Counted from the stretch's first letter, positions 9,987 through 20,308 are shown. The stretch is DNA of 64,000 bases from an uncultured Sediminibacterium sp. (GCA_964392685.1 CAYMQQ010000003.1:9150-73149); one strand, 5' to 3'. The notes: generated from the sequence alone by a model not told the origin. Made by a program: numbers and translations.

Positions 9987-11720
9987 ATGAAGTCTGCTCT
10001 GCAATCTGTTTTAGCCGTAATTGTTATTGCGGTGATATTTACTTCCTGCTCAGGTGGTGGCCCCAAAGAGGCTCGCTTTATTCCTAAATCATCCAGTGCT
10101 GTGATCGTTTTAGATCCGGGAGCGATGCAAGACAAGCTCACTAAAGGAGGTATCAGCATCGATACCCTACTGAGTCGTGTATTCACGAACGATTCTATTG
10201 ATGCAAAGGACAAAGAAAAATTGAATGAGTTTAGAACCAATGCCGGTATGAATTGGCAAAGTCAGTTTTTCTTCTTCCTATCACAAAAAGGCAATCCATC
10301 TACCCCTGAAGGTGGTACTACGGTGATGAACCTGATGGGCGGATTAACAGATGCTGCCAAATTTGAAGCATGGCTGAAAAAACATGATGATTTCAGCAAA
10401 AAAACGGTCGTAAAGGAAAAAGACTATACCTATTTAGTAGCAGAAGACAATACCATCGTTTCATGGAGCGATAAAAATGTAATCGTAACCATTTACAATT
10501 TTAGCCAGCAACCTACTTATGATACAGTAACTATGCAATTCAATATCCCTGAAAAGAAGAATGTTGAAGCTGAAATGAAAGAGCAGGTAAAGACTTACTA
10601 TACACAAGCGAAAGATGCATCGATGGCTAGCGTGAAAGAATTTACCGGCATGTTTAAAGAAAAAGCGGATGGTTATGCATTCACATCTTCAAGCAGTTCT
10701 TTATCTGCCTTAAGCATGTTGCCTGTTTCTTTGCCGAAAGTAGAGGAATTATTAAAAGACAACTATTCCGCTTCAACACTGAGTTTTGAGGACGGTAGAA
10801 TTGTGGCTAAATCTAACACTTTCACCAACCCATTGGTAAGTAATATCTTAAAAGAATATGCAGGACCTACAGTTAATTTATCGATGATCGAGAGATACCC
10901 ATCGGATAAAATCAATGGTATTATGTTGGCATCTTTTAATCCGGAGATCTTTGGTGGCTTCTTGAAACAACTCGAAGTAGAAGGATTGGTAAATGGCATG
11001 ATGGAAAAAACCGGTTTCTCTGTTCAGGACTTGTATAAATCATTGAAAGGGGAAATTGCAGTAGTGGTATCCGATCTGGGTTCTTCTCAGCCGGAACCTC
11101 AGGAAAGAAAAGATGAAAAAGAAATGACCATGAAAAAACCAATGGGCAAAATGATATTGAATGCACCTGTTGGTGATAAAGCGAGTTTTACCAAGCTCAT
11201 GGATAAAGCCACCGAATTGGGCTATTTCACCAAAAATGGCAGCACTTACAAAAGTGGTGAGTTGATGAAAGTATTAGGTATTTATATGCAGGCTGATGAT
11301 AAAAATTTGGTTATTGCTAGCGATTCATTAACGTATACGCAGTATATGTCTGGCAATAATAAAGCTGTCATCAATACTGAAACATTGAACAGATTCAAAG
11401 GAAAATCAACCGTTTTCTATTTCGATATCGCCAATACAATTGGTGGATTTTATGGTAATGGCGGAGATTATAACCAATCTATGAAAACTGCTAAAGAAAC
11501 TTTCAAAGACATTATCGGCACTTCAGATAATTTCGATGGCAAGAGTATTAAAGCCACATTTGAAATTCGCATGCAGAATGAAAAACAAAACAGTTTGGTT
11601 ACCCTTACCAGTCTGATCACAGATATTGCCGTGGACATGAGAGTAGCAGCACGCAGACAAAAAGAAATGGAGGAAAAAATGTTCCCGGGCGGTTTCCCTG
11701 CGATCATACGCACGAACTAA
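9987..11720 (+). CDS. DUF4836-like lipoprotein
   Basis: Lipobox FTSC; FIPKSS N-terminus and NSL..L C-terminal motif; precedes an ABC ATPase/permease pair. Confidence 0.7.
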   Translation: MKSALQSVLAVIVIAVIFTSCSGGGPKEARFIPKSSSAVIVLDPGAMQDKLTKGGISIDTLLSRVFTNDSIDAKDKEKLNEFRTNAGMNWQSQFFFFLSQKGNPSTPEGGTTVMNLMGGLTDAAKFEAWLKKHDDFSKKTVVKEKDYTYLVAEDNTIVSWSDKNVIVTIYNFSQQPTYDTVTMQFNIPEKKNVEAEMKEQVKTYYTQAKDASMASVKEFTGMFKEKADGYAFTSSSSSLSALSMLPVSLPKVEELLKDNYSASTLSFEDGRIVAKSNTFTNPLVSNILKEYAGPTVNLSMIERYPSDKINGIMLASFNPEIFGGFLKQLEVEGLVNGMMEKTGFSVQDLYKSLKGEIAVVVSDLGSSQPEPQERKDEKEMTMKKPMGKMILNAPVGDKASFTKLMDKATELGYFTKNGSTYKSGELMKVLGIYMQADDKNLVIASDSLTYTQYMSGNNKAVINTETLNRFKGKSTVFYFDIANTIGGFYGNGGDYNQSMKTAKETFKDIIGTSDNFDGKSIKATFEIRMQNEKQNSLVTLTSLITDIAVDMRVAARRQKEMEEKMFPGGFPAIIRTN

Positions 11721-11736
11721 TAGAAATTTTTGAGTT

Positions 11737-11772
11737 AAATAAAAAGTCCTGTTGTAGCAGGACTTTTTATTT
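11737..11772. terminator. Terminator hairpin
   Basis: aaataaaaagtcctg-N6-caggactttttattt. Confidence 0.8.
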
Positions 11773-11799
11773 GAATCTATTGAATGATAACTTAGAGTC

Positions 11800-12447
11800 A
11801 TGATCCTATCACTACATAATGTTGTACCAACCCCTCTTAAAGATAAAGTGCCGCAGCAAGGTTCTGATGTATGGAATCGAACGATCAGTTTTTCTGCAGG
11901 CCAATGGACAAAAATCAAAGCTCCTAGTGGTACCGGCAAAACCACATTGATCCATTCTTTATACAAATTGCGCGACGATTATAGTGGCAAAATAGAATGG
12001 GATGGTATGAACTTACAACAGCTGCCTGCTGAACAATTGGCGCAATACAGACAAGAAAAAATCAGTATTATTTTCCAAGATCTACGTTTGTTTCCCAACC
12101 TAAGCTCCTTTGAAAACATAGAACTGAAAAGGGTTTTACAAAGACCGTATTGTAATCAGGAAAAAATTTTTAGCATGGCAGTTGAATTAGGCGTTCAACA
12201 TATTCTACACCAAAAAGCCGGCATTTGCAGTTATGGAGAGCAGCAAAGAGTTGCCATTATCAGAGCGCTGGTTCATCCTTTTTCCATGTTGGTGATGGAT
12301 GAGCCCTTTAGTCATTTGGATCAAGCGAATACGGCAAAAGCTGCCGCACTGATCATGAGGGAATGTAAAGACAGAAATGCAGGTTTTATCATTACTGATC
12401 TCGATGATGATGATCATTTTGCATACGATCAACTATTGAATTTATAA
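11800..12447 (+). CDS. ABC transporter ATP-binding protein (LolD-like)
   Basis: Walker A APSGTGKT, atypical signature CSYGEQQR, Walker B MDEPFSHLD. Confidence 0.9.
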   Translation: MILSLHNVVPTPLKDKVPQQGSDVWNRTISFSAGQWTKIKAPSGTGKTTLIHSLYKLRDDYSGKIEWDGMNLQQLPAEQLAQYRQEKISIIFQDLRLFPNLSSFENIELKRVLQRPYCNQEKIFSMAVELGVQHILHQKAGICSYGEQQRVAIIRALVHPFSMLVMDEPFSHLDQANTAKAAALIMRECKDRNAGFIITDLDDDDHFAYDQLLNL

Positions 12448-12457
12448 GTAGCCAACC

Positions 12458-13642
12458 ATGAATGATCTGAATATCCTTCTAAAAAAATTAATTAGAACTG
12501 CTACCGGCAGAACCCGATACGCCATGGCCATCATCGGCTTATCGGTTGCATTGTTATTGATTTTGGCAGCAGTACAAATACAGGTCAACTACAATGAGCT
12601 TTTACAAGGAAAACAGAATAAAGACAGTGTAGCCAATTTTTTAGTAGTCAATAAAATACTGACAGATCGGAATATTGGTAAAGCAGTGCTCTCACAAGAA
12701 GAAATTAATGACATCAAAGCACAGCCATTTACCGAAGCGGTAGGTGTTTTGCAGACCAGTCGCTTTAAAGCTTCTATACAAAGCAGCAGTGATGTTTTTC
12801 CGTTTTATACAGATATTGCTTTTGAAAGTGTTCCAGATGCTTTCTTAGATGTGAACACAAAAGAATGGAATTGGAATGAAAATAGTGCTTATGTACCCAT
12901 CATCGTGCCGGGTATGTTTCTAGACATTTATAATTTTCAATTCTCATTATCACAAGGCCTACCACAGTTAACACGGGAAATAGTGAAAATGATTTTTTTC
13001 AATGTAAATGTGTATGCCGTTGATGGTACAACACGTGTATTCAGAGGTAAGGTAGTAGGCTTCAGCGATAGGGTATCCTCTTTATTGATTCCACAATCAT
13101 TCATGGATCATGCCAATACTTTGTATGGAAAAAATACAGGTAGTGCTCCATCCAGAATTATCATTAGAACCAAAGATCCCGGACATCCGGACTTGATCGG
13201 TTATTTAAAGCAAAAACAATTGACTACTGATCAAGATAAAACCAGATTTAGTAAGTACAGACAAATTGTAGAAATGGTGGTGAATATTACCGGTGTAACG
13301 GGATTACTCATGTTTTTATTTGCGATGTTGATCTTCTCCTTATTTATACAACTTACCATCAGTTCTTGCAGAGAAGAAATAAAATTATTGATTAGTTTAG
13401 GTGCTTCGCCGTCACAATTGCAATCCTTTCTAACGCGTCAATTTTTCCCTTCCAATATATGGATTGTGCTGTGTTCATTATGCGTTATATCCGTTGCGCA
13501 GTATGCATTGGCCATGTTTTTACAACAACAATCGGCCTACATTTCTCCGTTCATTTCTCCAACTACTATAAGTATTTCTGCGTTAGTATTACTAATCATT
13601 TATATACTAAATCGAAAGAGCATTCGCTCCAATATTTCATAA
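12458..13642 (+). CDS. FtsX/MacB-like ABC permease
   Basis: N-terminal TM helix, large periplasmic loop, three C-terminal TM helices, EIKLLISLGAS motif. Confidence 0.8.
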   Translation: MNDLNILLKKLIRTATGRTRYAMAIIGLSVALLLILAAVQIQVNYNELLQGKQNKDSVANFLVVNKILTDRNIGKAVLSQEEINDIKAQPFTEAVGVLQTSRFKASIQSSSDVFPFYTDIAFESVPDAFLDVNTKEWNWNENSAYVPIIVPGMFLDIYNFQFSLSQGLPQLTREIVKMIFFNVNVYAVDGTTRVFRGKVVGFSDRVSSLLIPQSFMDHANTLYGKNTGSAPSRIIIRTKDPGHPDLIGYLKQKQLTTDQDKTRFSKYRQIVEMVVNITGVTGLLMFLFAMLIFSLFIQLTISSCREEIKLLISLGASPSQLQSFLTRQFFPSNIWIVLCSLCVISVAQYALAMFLQQQSAYISPFISPTTISISALVLLIIYILNRKSIRSNIS

Positions 13643-13883
13643 TAACGATTTTATAAATTGTTCATCATTATATTTATAAATAACAATTTTAAATATTCGT
13701 TTAAAACACGGTTTCAAAATTCAGTGAAAACACTTATCCATATTCGGTGAATAAATAGTGTTTACATAAGAAAAAAAGCAGAACTTTGTACTTGATGGGA
13801 ATAAAATTTGGATAAGTCCCATTAAAACAACTTGTAGCACCTATTTCGTTAAACCTTGGTCAAAACCTATTAAAAACAGACAG

Positions 13884-14342
13884 ATGAAAAAGTTTCAAAT
13901 TTTAGGCACAGTTTTAATGCTGTCAGTAGTTACCATCCTTCTGGTAGCCTGCCAGAAAGAACAGGATGGTGTTGCTAACGAAGTTAACAGTTCAAGAGCA
14001 GAAGAGTCTATCGGAGCTGTTGAAGTCGATGCATCTAATATTCCGGGTATCATCGATAGAAATGAAGCCGCTAAACTTGCTGCTAATTATGCGAGTGCAA
14101 ACATAAATAAGTCAACAGCTGTATCATTCGAAGTAAAAGACATTCAAAGTTTCTTAAATAAATTGAAGAAAGAAGGTTCAAAAAATATTTATGTGAATTT
14201 CGGCATCTATGGTGAAGGCAATCACAAAGGTAGACTTACCGTTTTCTTCTCAGGCGATAAAAAAACCAGCACAGGAAATGTTAGAGGTAATTTTGAAGAC
14301 GTAGCTGAAAAGTTCTTGAATCACGGTGGTTTGTTCCCTTAA
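13884..14342 (+). CDS. Hypothetical lipoprotein, first gene of the signalling operon
   Basis: Lipobox LVAC; core IYVNFGIY..GRLTVFF; C-terminal NHGGLFP. Confidence 0.8.
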   Translation: MKKFQILGTVLMLSVVTILLVACQKEQDGVANEVNSSRAEESIGAVEVDASNIPGIIDRNEAAKLAANYASANINKSTAVSFEVKDIQSFLNKLKKEGSKNIYVNFGIYGEGNHKGRLTVFFSGDKKTSTGNVRGNFEDVAEKFLNHGGLFP

Positions 14343-14364
14343 TCTTAATCGGGTTATTGAAACC

Positions 14365-14410
14365 ATAATGAATAAACCCTTCCTGTAAAATGGAAGGGTT
14401 TATTCATTAT
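14365..14410. terminator. Intra-operon hairpin
   Basis: ataatgaataaacccttcc-N8-ggaagggtttattcattat, a 19-bp perfect stem. Confidence 0.8.
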
Positions 14411-14430
14411 AATCATATACATTAGCAATT

Positions 14431-15099
14431 ATGCAAGACCTGCATTTATATCTGGAAATCATCAGTCTTTTAATTGCTCTTTTCTTTTATAAAGATTTGA
14501 AGAGAAATGATGCAATGTTTTATTTCATTCCTTTTTTAATTGTAACAGCACTGGTTGAGATGAGTGCTAAATGGATATGGAAAGATCGTAATGAAAAATT
14601 TTTAATCTTCAATATTTTTACCGCTGCTGAATTTGTTTTTTACTCTGTTTTATTCCGTGTTCATCTTAATAATAAGATACTTCGCTATATCGTTATTCTA
14701 TTGATTCCATTTTATTTGACTCTTTTTATATTAAACGTCATATTTGTACAAGAACTAACCACTTCTTTTCATAGCTACACATTTCTTTTAGGCTCTTTCT
14801 TTATGGTAGTTTATAGTTGTTTCTTTTTGTATGAATCAATTCTTCCGGAATCAATCAGTGTGCGATTATCGCTACAGCCTTTTTTCTGGATAAGTATTGG
14901 ATTATTAATTTTTTATTTGGGCTCTGTAATCATTAACGCACTTGTTGAGTACCTTACAAAAAGTGATTTTAAGGAGCAGGGTATTATTATTTATCGAAAC
15001 ATCACCAATAGTTTGAACGTAATTTTGTATGGTTCATTCAGTATAGCTTTTATTTTATGCCGAAACAACAGGAAGACATCCTCATCACCATCGTTATAG
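14431..15099 (+). CDS. Multi-pass (about 7 TM) membrane protein, putative receptor
   Basis: Almost entirely hydrophobic helices; PFFWISIGLLIFYLG motif; overlaps the kinase gene by 43 bp. Confidence 0.8.
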   Translation: MQDLHLYLEIISLLIALFFYKDLKRNDAMFYFIPFLIVTALVEMSAKWIWKDRNEKFLIFNIFTAAEFVFYSVLFRVHLNNKILRYIVILLIPFYLTLFILNVIFVQELTTSFHSYTFLLGSFFMVVYSCFFLYESILPESISVRLSLQPFFWISIGLLIFYLGSVIINALVEYLTKSDFKEQGIIIYRNITNSLNVILYGSFSIAFILCRNNRKTSSSPSL

Positions 15100-15836
15100 C
15101 CTCAGTGTTTTTAGTACTGATCGGGTTTTTCTTACTCCTGATTGTATTCGTATTCCTGAGACGCCAAAGAAAATTTCAACTGGAAAGGGATGAGATGAAA
15201 AACAGATTTGAACAAACCATTCTAAAATCACAACTAGAGATCCAAGAACAAACTTTTAGCCATATTAGTAGAGAAATTCACGATAATATTGGACAGGTAT
15301 TAAGTCTGGTCAGACTGAACTTAAGTACCTTTACGAATATTGAAGAGCATGAGAAACTGGAGCATACTGATGAACTTTTGGGAAAGGCGATCAAAGATTT
15401 ACGCGATCTGAGTCATAGTTTACAAACCAATCGGATACAGGATATAGGAATTGTTGAGTCTATCAGACAACTCTTGAATAACTTACAGAAGAGTGGTCGA
15501 TATAAAACAGATCTTTCAGTAGCGGAGAATTTCACGGGTATTGATAAGAATACGGACCTCATTATGTTCAGAATGGTTCAGGAAATTATCAATAATATCA
15601 TGAAACATGCCAAGGCCGACCAGATATCTGTAAAAATAGAGGGCAACGAAAATGAAGTTCAGCTGATCATAGCTGATAACGGGATTGGATTTGACATGGA
15701 AAAATTTAAAACTGCCGGACCGGGTATCGGTTTACAGAACATATTTAACAGGGCAAAAATGATTCATGCCACTGTTGATATAAAAAGTGAGCCGGGAAAC
15801 GGAACAGCCATTATATTGCAGGCGAAATCGAAATAA
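15057..15836 (+). CDS. Sensor histidine kinase (HisKA_3 + HATPase) with a single TM helix
   Basis: H-box ISREIHDNIGQ, N-box QEIINNIMKHA, G-boxes DNGIGF and GIGL. Confidence 0.93.
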   Translation: MPKQQEDILITIVIASVFLVLIGFFLLLIVFVFLRRQRKFQLERDEMKNRFEQTILKSQLEIQEQTFSHISREIHDNIGQVLSLVRLNLSTFTNIEEHEKLEHTDELLGKAIKDLRDLSHSLQTNRIQDIGIVESIRQLLNNLQKSGRYKTDLSVAENFTGIDKNTDLIMFRMVQEIINNIMKHAKADQISVKIEGNENEVQLIIADNGIGFDMEKFKTAGPGIGLQNIFNRAKMIHATVDIKSEPGNGTAIILQAKSK

Positions 15837-15843
15837 CCTTTGT

Positions 15844-16494
15844 ATGACCTTTGTAGCACTTGTGGACGATCATGAATTACTTCGTAGCGGTCTCGCTTCA
15901 ATGATCAATTCATTTGAAGGCTTCAAAGTAATTATGGAAGCCGGTAACGGTAAGGAATTCATGGAGGCATTAAAAAACAACAAGCCACCGGCTATTGTTT
16001 TGCTGGATATCAATATGCCATTGATGGATGGCTTTGAAACCGCTGAATGGATCAAAGCCAATATGCCCGAAACCAGGGTATTGGTATTAAGTATGTTGGA
16101 AAATGATATCGCCATCATCCGCATGCTGAAAAATGGCGCTCGTGGTTATCTGTTAAAAGACAGTAAACCCAAAGTTTTTAAACAAGCCCTCGAAAACATT
16201 CGCGATACAGGTTACTTTATCAATGAATTAGTGAGTGATAAACTCATGCACTATATCAGTAATGAAGACTCCTTCCTCGGCGATGGATCTCCACTCAGCA
16301 GCCTAACAGAAAATGAAACCATTTTCTTACAATGGATATGCTCCGATAAAACCTATAAAGAGATCGCTGAAGAAATGCATATCAGTCCACGTACTGTTGA
16401 TACCTATCGTGATAATCTCTTTAAGAAATTGGACATCAAAACACGGGTTGGACTAGCCATTTTTGCTATCAAGCATGGTATTGTTAGTGTATAA
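15844..16494 (+). CDS. NarL/FixJ (LuxR HTH) response regulator
   Basis: VDDH, LLDINMP (phospho-Asp), GYLLK; HTH YKEIAEEMHISPRTVDTYR. Confidence 0.95.
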   Translation: MTFVALVDDHELLRSGLASMINSFEGFKVIMEAGNGKEFMEALKNNKPPAIVLLDINMPLMDGFETAEWIKANMPETRVLVLSMLENDIAIIRMLKNGARGYLLKDSKPKVFKQALENIRDTGYFINELVSDKLMHYISNEDSFLGDGSPLSSLTENETIFLQWICSDKTYKEIAEEMHISPRTVDTYRDNLFKKLDIKTRVGLAIFAIKHGIVSV

Positions 16495-18642
16495 TTAACG
16501 CTGATGCCACATAGTAGCATATAGGCTGTTCTTTTGTATCAGGTATTCATGTGAACCCCTCTCCATTATTTTACCCTGTTGTAATACCAGTATTTCGTCA
16601 CAGAACTGAAGTGTTGTTAACCTATGTGCTACCAGAATAATTGTTATACCCTTTCGACGATGGTACTGCAAACATTCCTGCACTACCGATTCACTGATGG
16701 TATCTAATGAAGCCGTGGCTTCATCTAATAATAATATGGATGGTTGGCGGTACAACGCACGCACAATACCAATTTTCTGTTTTTGTCCGCCAGATAAGTT
16801 TGTTCCCTGCTCTTGTAATACGGTATGATACCCTTCTGGTAAGCTGCGAATGAAATGATCTAATCCTACTTGCTGACAAAGTTTTATTACGCTATCCATA
16901 TCAACAGCTGTATTCAAACAGATATTTTCAAGAATAGTACCCGAAAGAATATCCGTCTCTTGTGGAACTACGGTAACTTTTTCTCTTAACTCGGTAAGAT
17001 TTACATCATTGATATCCGTTTCACCAATGCGTATTTGTCCACTTTGTAAAGGATATAAGCGCAATAATAGATGTAACAAAGTAGATTTCCCTGACCCGCT
17101 TTCACCCGCTATTCCAATGCAAGCACCCGAGTTGATTTCAAAAGATAAATCGTTAAAGACTACTTGCCTGCTACCATATCTAAAACTAACTTTATCAAAT
17201 ACAATCGTACCCGCTTTAAAAGAGCATTGATAGCGACCGATCTGAGTAGTTTCTTCAGTTTCTAATGCCATGATTTCAAAAAGGCGATCTGCTGCAATCA
17301 TGGCTTCCTGAAAGCTTTTGGTACTTCCTATCAATACCAAAACAGGACCGGTAAAATAGCCAATGATACTATAGAAAGACAGTAAAGTGCCGGGTGTAAG
17401 TGTTCGCTCGATCACTAATATTGAACCTATCCATAAAATGAAGAGGGTAAAAAGTTTTGTCAGAAATTCAGCTACAGAGGAAACTGCAATATTCCTAGTA
17501 CCGGTAGCATACAGGGTACGCAATAAACCGATAAGCTGCGTCTCATTTTTTTCCATCATTATATGCTCCAGTCCAAAACGTTTGATGGTAGCCGATGCTT
17601 GTAAAGTACCTACCAGTTCTGTTTCCATGGCTGCACTTCTCTCCATTAATTTTCTTTGCCAGTATTTATTGATTTTATTACTCAGAAAATAGAGTACCAA
17701 ATACAAGGGCAATAATACCAGCATCCATAAAGCCAACTTGCTACTATAAAAAAACATCAATAAAAGAGAACAGAGTAGTATCAAGCTATTCATCACTACC
17801 TGCATAATTGTATCACTGATGAAATTTCTTATCATGACAGCATCATTGATTCGACTTAGCACTTCACCTGTTCGCATGGTATCAAAGAAAAACTGTGGAA
17901 GTTGTAAGAGGTGACGCAGATAATGAGTAATAAGTGCTGCATCCATTCTTTGTCCGATCTGTAATCCAAGTACTGTTTTAAACGTACCCGTATATTGCTG
18001 AACACACAATAATAAGATCATCAGGATACTGATCAGATTCAAAAGTCCCAGATCACCATCAACAAATATGATATCCACTAGTTTCTGGATATAAATACTG
18101 ACTGAAAGACCCAAAACAGTATATACCAAGGCCCCAATAAATCCTTGCAACAATAAGGATCGATTGGAGTATAGTAAATGATACAACCTTTGTTTTGTAC
18201 TGATGGTGACCGTAGAACCGGATACAGTTATTGAAGGCTCCAATAAAAGAAGGACACCGGTCCAAATTTTTGTAAAAGCATTGGGATTCGTCTTAACCAG
18301 CGTACCCGTACCCGGATCCATATAGACTAATTGATGTTTGCTGATTCGATAGAGTACCACAAAATGTTGTAACCCATTTTCCAATAGTACATGCCCAATA
18401 CAAGGAAGTGGAACCTGAAGAATTACTTCGGGGTTTGCCCGTACAGCTTTAGCTTGAAAACCGATTTTCTGCGCTGCCTCTAACATACCCAACATACTGG
18501 TACCTCGTTTATCTGTTCCTGCCATTTGCCTGACCTTACTAACCGAAAACTGATATCCATAACTACCTGCAACGGACACCAAACAGGCGGCCCCACAATC
18601 AGTAACATCTCTTTGCTTCACACAAACCATCTTCCTATTCAT
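16495..18642 (-). CDS. Peptidase-containing ABC transporter (C39 PCAT)
   Basis: QRDVTDCGAAC, HFVV and DP catalytic residues; TM domain; GESGSGKS, LSGGQ and LLLDEAT motifs. Confidence 0.95.
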   Translation of the reverse strand: MNRKMVCVKQRDVTDCGAACLVSVAGSYGYQFSVSKVRQMAGTDKRGTSMLGMLEAAQKIGFQAKAVRANPEVILQVPLPCIGHVLLENGLQHFVVLYRISKHQLVYMDPGTGTLVKTNPNAFTKIWTGVLLLLEPSITVSGSTVTISTKQRLYHLLYSNRSLLLQGFIGALVYTVLGLSVSIYIQKLVDIIFVDGDLGLLNLISILMILLLCVQQYTGTFKTVLGLQIGQRMDAALITHYLRHLLQLPQFFFDTMRTGEVLSRINDAVMIRNFISDTIMQVVMNSLILLCSLLLMFFYSSKLALWMLVLLPLYLVLYFLSNKINKYWQRKLMERSAAMETELVGTLQASATIKRFGLEHIMMEKNETQLIGLLRTLYATGTRNIAVSSVAEFLTKLFTLFILWIGSILVIERTLTPGTLLSFYSIIGYFTGPVLVLIGSTKSFQEAMIAADRLFEIMALETEETTQIGRYQCSFKAGTIVFDKVSFRYGSRQVVFNDLSFEINSGACIGIAGESGSGKSTLLHLLLRLYPLQSGQIRIGETDINDVNLTELREKVTVVPQETDILSGTILENICLNTAVDMDSVIKLCQQVGLDHFIRSLPEGYHTVLQEQGTNLSGGQKQKIGIVRALYRQPSILLLDEATASLDTISESVVQECLQYHRRKGITIILVAHRLTTLQFCDEILVLQQGKIMERGSHEYLIQKNSLYATMWHQR

Positions 18643-19817
18643 ACGGTTGATTTACTAAGTGTGGCAGGAGTGAACCAATCGTATAATTGCTGATAAAGAA
18701 GTTCCCAATAACTTTTCCTGGCTAAAAAGAATCTTGTTTCCAATAAAAGTCCGCGACCTAATACATATGAGAAACCATTTTGTAGCTGAACACTTGTTTG
18801 GTTCAAACTACATTTAATCCTGAACATGGGTTTATTATTGACAAGCGTATAATCCTCAGCTATGTAAATGACTTTTCCCTGTAATGTCGTAGACATCTGA
18901 TTGCGGATTTCCGGAATTGAATAAGTAATGGTTTGTCCATGATAAATGGTTACCCTCTCTGAAGGAGATATCCAACATTCAACAATCAAGTCTTCCTCAG
19001 GAGAAATAGATAAAAGTTCTCCGGAAGGAAGAACAGCAGTACCTGCATATAATGGTTCTTGCATCAATACCGTACCGGTTATGGGGGCTCTGACGATATA
19101 AGATTCTGCGTTCGATAACAGATGACTATTTTCAGTTTTATATTCCTTTAATAATTTTTGTTGCTCAATTAATTCATATTGCCATTGGCTGATCTGTTTA
19201 CTAATCTGCAACTGAAAAACTGCCGATGCTTGTAGCAATTGAAACCTAATATCAGCAAACTCATTAGGCGCTATCACCTTCTCCCGAAGTAAGGGATCAT
19301 ACACTAGTAAGTCCTTCTGTAATTTTTGACTAAGTATATCTTTTTCTTGCAATTGATCATAAAAATGCAGGTATTGAGAGCGATAGACTGCCGTTTGCAA
19401 ACGGTTACTGATGATTGAGTCTTTCCATACATTTGGTTGAGTAAGTAATTGCAGATCATTTATCAGCTTAGTACAGTTGTTAATTTTTTGCACGATATAA
19501 TCTTTTTGTGCCGCATAGTTCAATTGCTGAAACCGGATCAGGGTATCTCCTTTTTTAACCGTACTTCCATCTTTGCAATGAATAGACTGAATCGTGGCAT
19601 TGATCAAGCTCCGAACGACAGTTCGCTCCTGAAATGGTCGGATGATACCTTCGGTACGGGTGATGACGTTGACATAACAAAAAGGAAGCATAGCAACTCC
19701 AAACAATACGATCAGGATCAGTGATAAATAAAAGATTTTGGTATAGGACGAAAATTCAGCGAGATAGAATTGGATGCTGTTATTGGTTCCGGACAATTGT
19801 ACTTTTTCATTATCCAT
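18639..19817 (-). CDS. HlyD family secretion membrane-fusion protein
   Basis: N-terminal TM helix, VKKGDTL lipoyl-like motif, coiled coil, VRAPITG; overlaps the PCAT start. Confidence 0.9.
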   Translation of the reverse strand: MDNEKVQLSGTNNSIQFYLAEFSSYTKIFYLSLILIVLFGVAMLPFCYVNVITRTEGIIRPFQERTVVRSLINATIQSIHCKDGSTVKKGDTLIRFQQLNYAAQKDYIVQKINNCTKLINDLQLLTQPNVWKDSIISNRLQTAVYRSQYLHFYDQLQEKDILSQKLQKDLLVYDPLLREKVIAPNEFADIRFQLLQASAVFQLQISKQISQWQYELIEQQKLLKEYKTENSHLLSNAESYIVRAPITGTVLMQEPLYAGTAVLPSGELLSISPEEDLIVECWISPSERVTIYHGQTITYSIPEIRNQMSTTLQGKVIYIAEDYTLVNNKPMFRIKCSLNQTSVQLQNGFSYVLGRGLLLETRFFLARKSYWELLYQQLYDWFTPATLSKSTV

Positions 19818-20277
19818 CAATAAAATAGTTAAAGATTAACGCTGTTAGGTTATGAAGCATGTGTACTATCGATGTCCATAAAAAGCCATTCCATTTTCTA
19901 ATCATACAAACAAAGTAAACTGACGTGTATACAGTTCCGGTAACCAATGTCTTCAGCATATAAGGAACTGAATAATGATGTAAGACTGAAAAGACAACAA
20001 TACTTACTATGATCCCCGGCCCATATTTTTTTGTCCATTTATAGCCATATTCCATGATTGTATATTGAACCAGCCAAGTTTCGAGAAATGGTGCCACAAT
20101 GATTGAAGCAATAAAATAAATATTATCAGGCAGTTGATTCGGATTAGCATTTTGCTCCGGAAATAATACATACCCAAATAAGACCGAAACAAAAAAATTA
20201 ATAAAATAGGCCCCAATGATTAACTTAAAAATTGTGAGCCGTTCGATTAGGTTTAATACTCGTTTACCAATTGACAT
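19810..20277 (-). CDS. CPBP (Abi/CAAX) family intramembrane protease-like protein, putative immunity
   Basis: APFLET, FSVLHH and HMLHN motifs; multiple TM helices. Confidence 0.8.
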   Translation of the reverse strand: MSIGKRVLNLIERLTIFKLIIGAYFINFFVSVLFGYVLFPEQNANPNQLPDNIYFIASIIVAPFLETWLVQYTIMEYGYKWTKKYGPGIIVSIVVFSVLHHYSVPYMLKTLVTGTVYTSVYFVCMIRKWNGFLWTSIVHMLHNLTALIFNYFIDG

Positions 20278-20308
20278 ATTAAAATAAGTTTTGAGAATGT
20301 ATTGTAAT

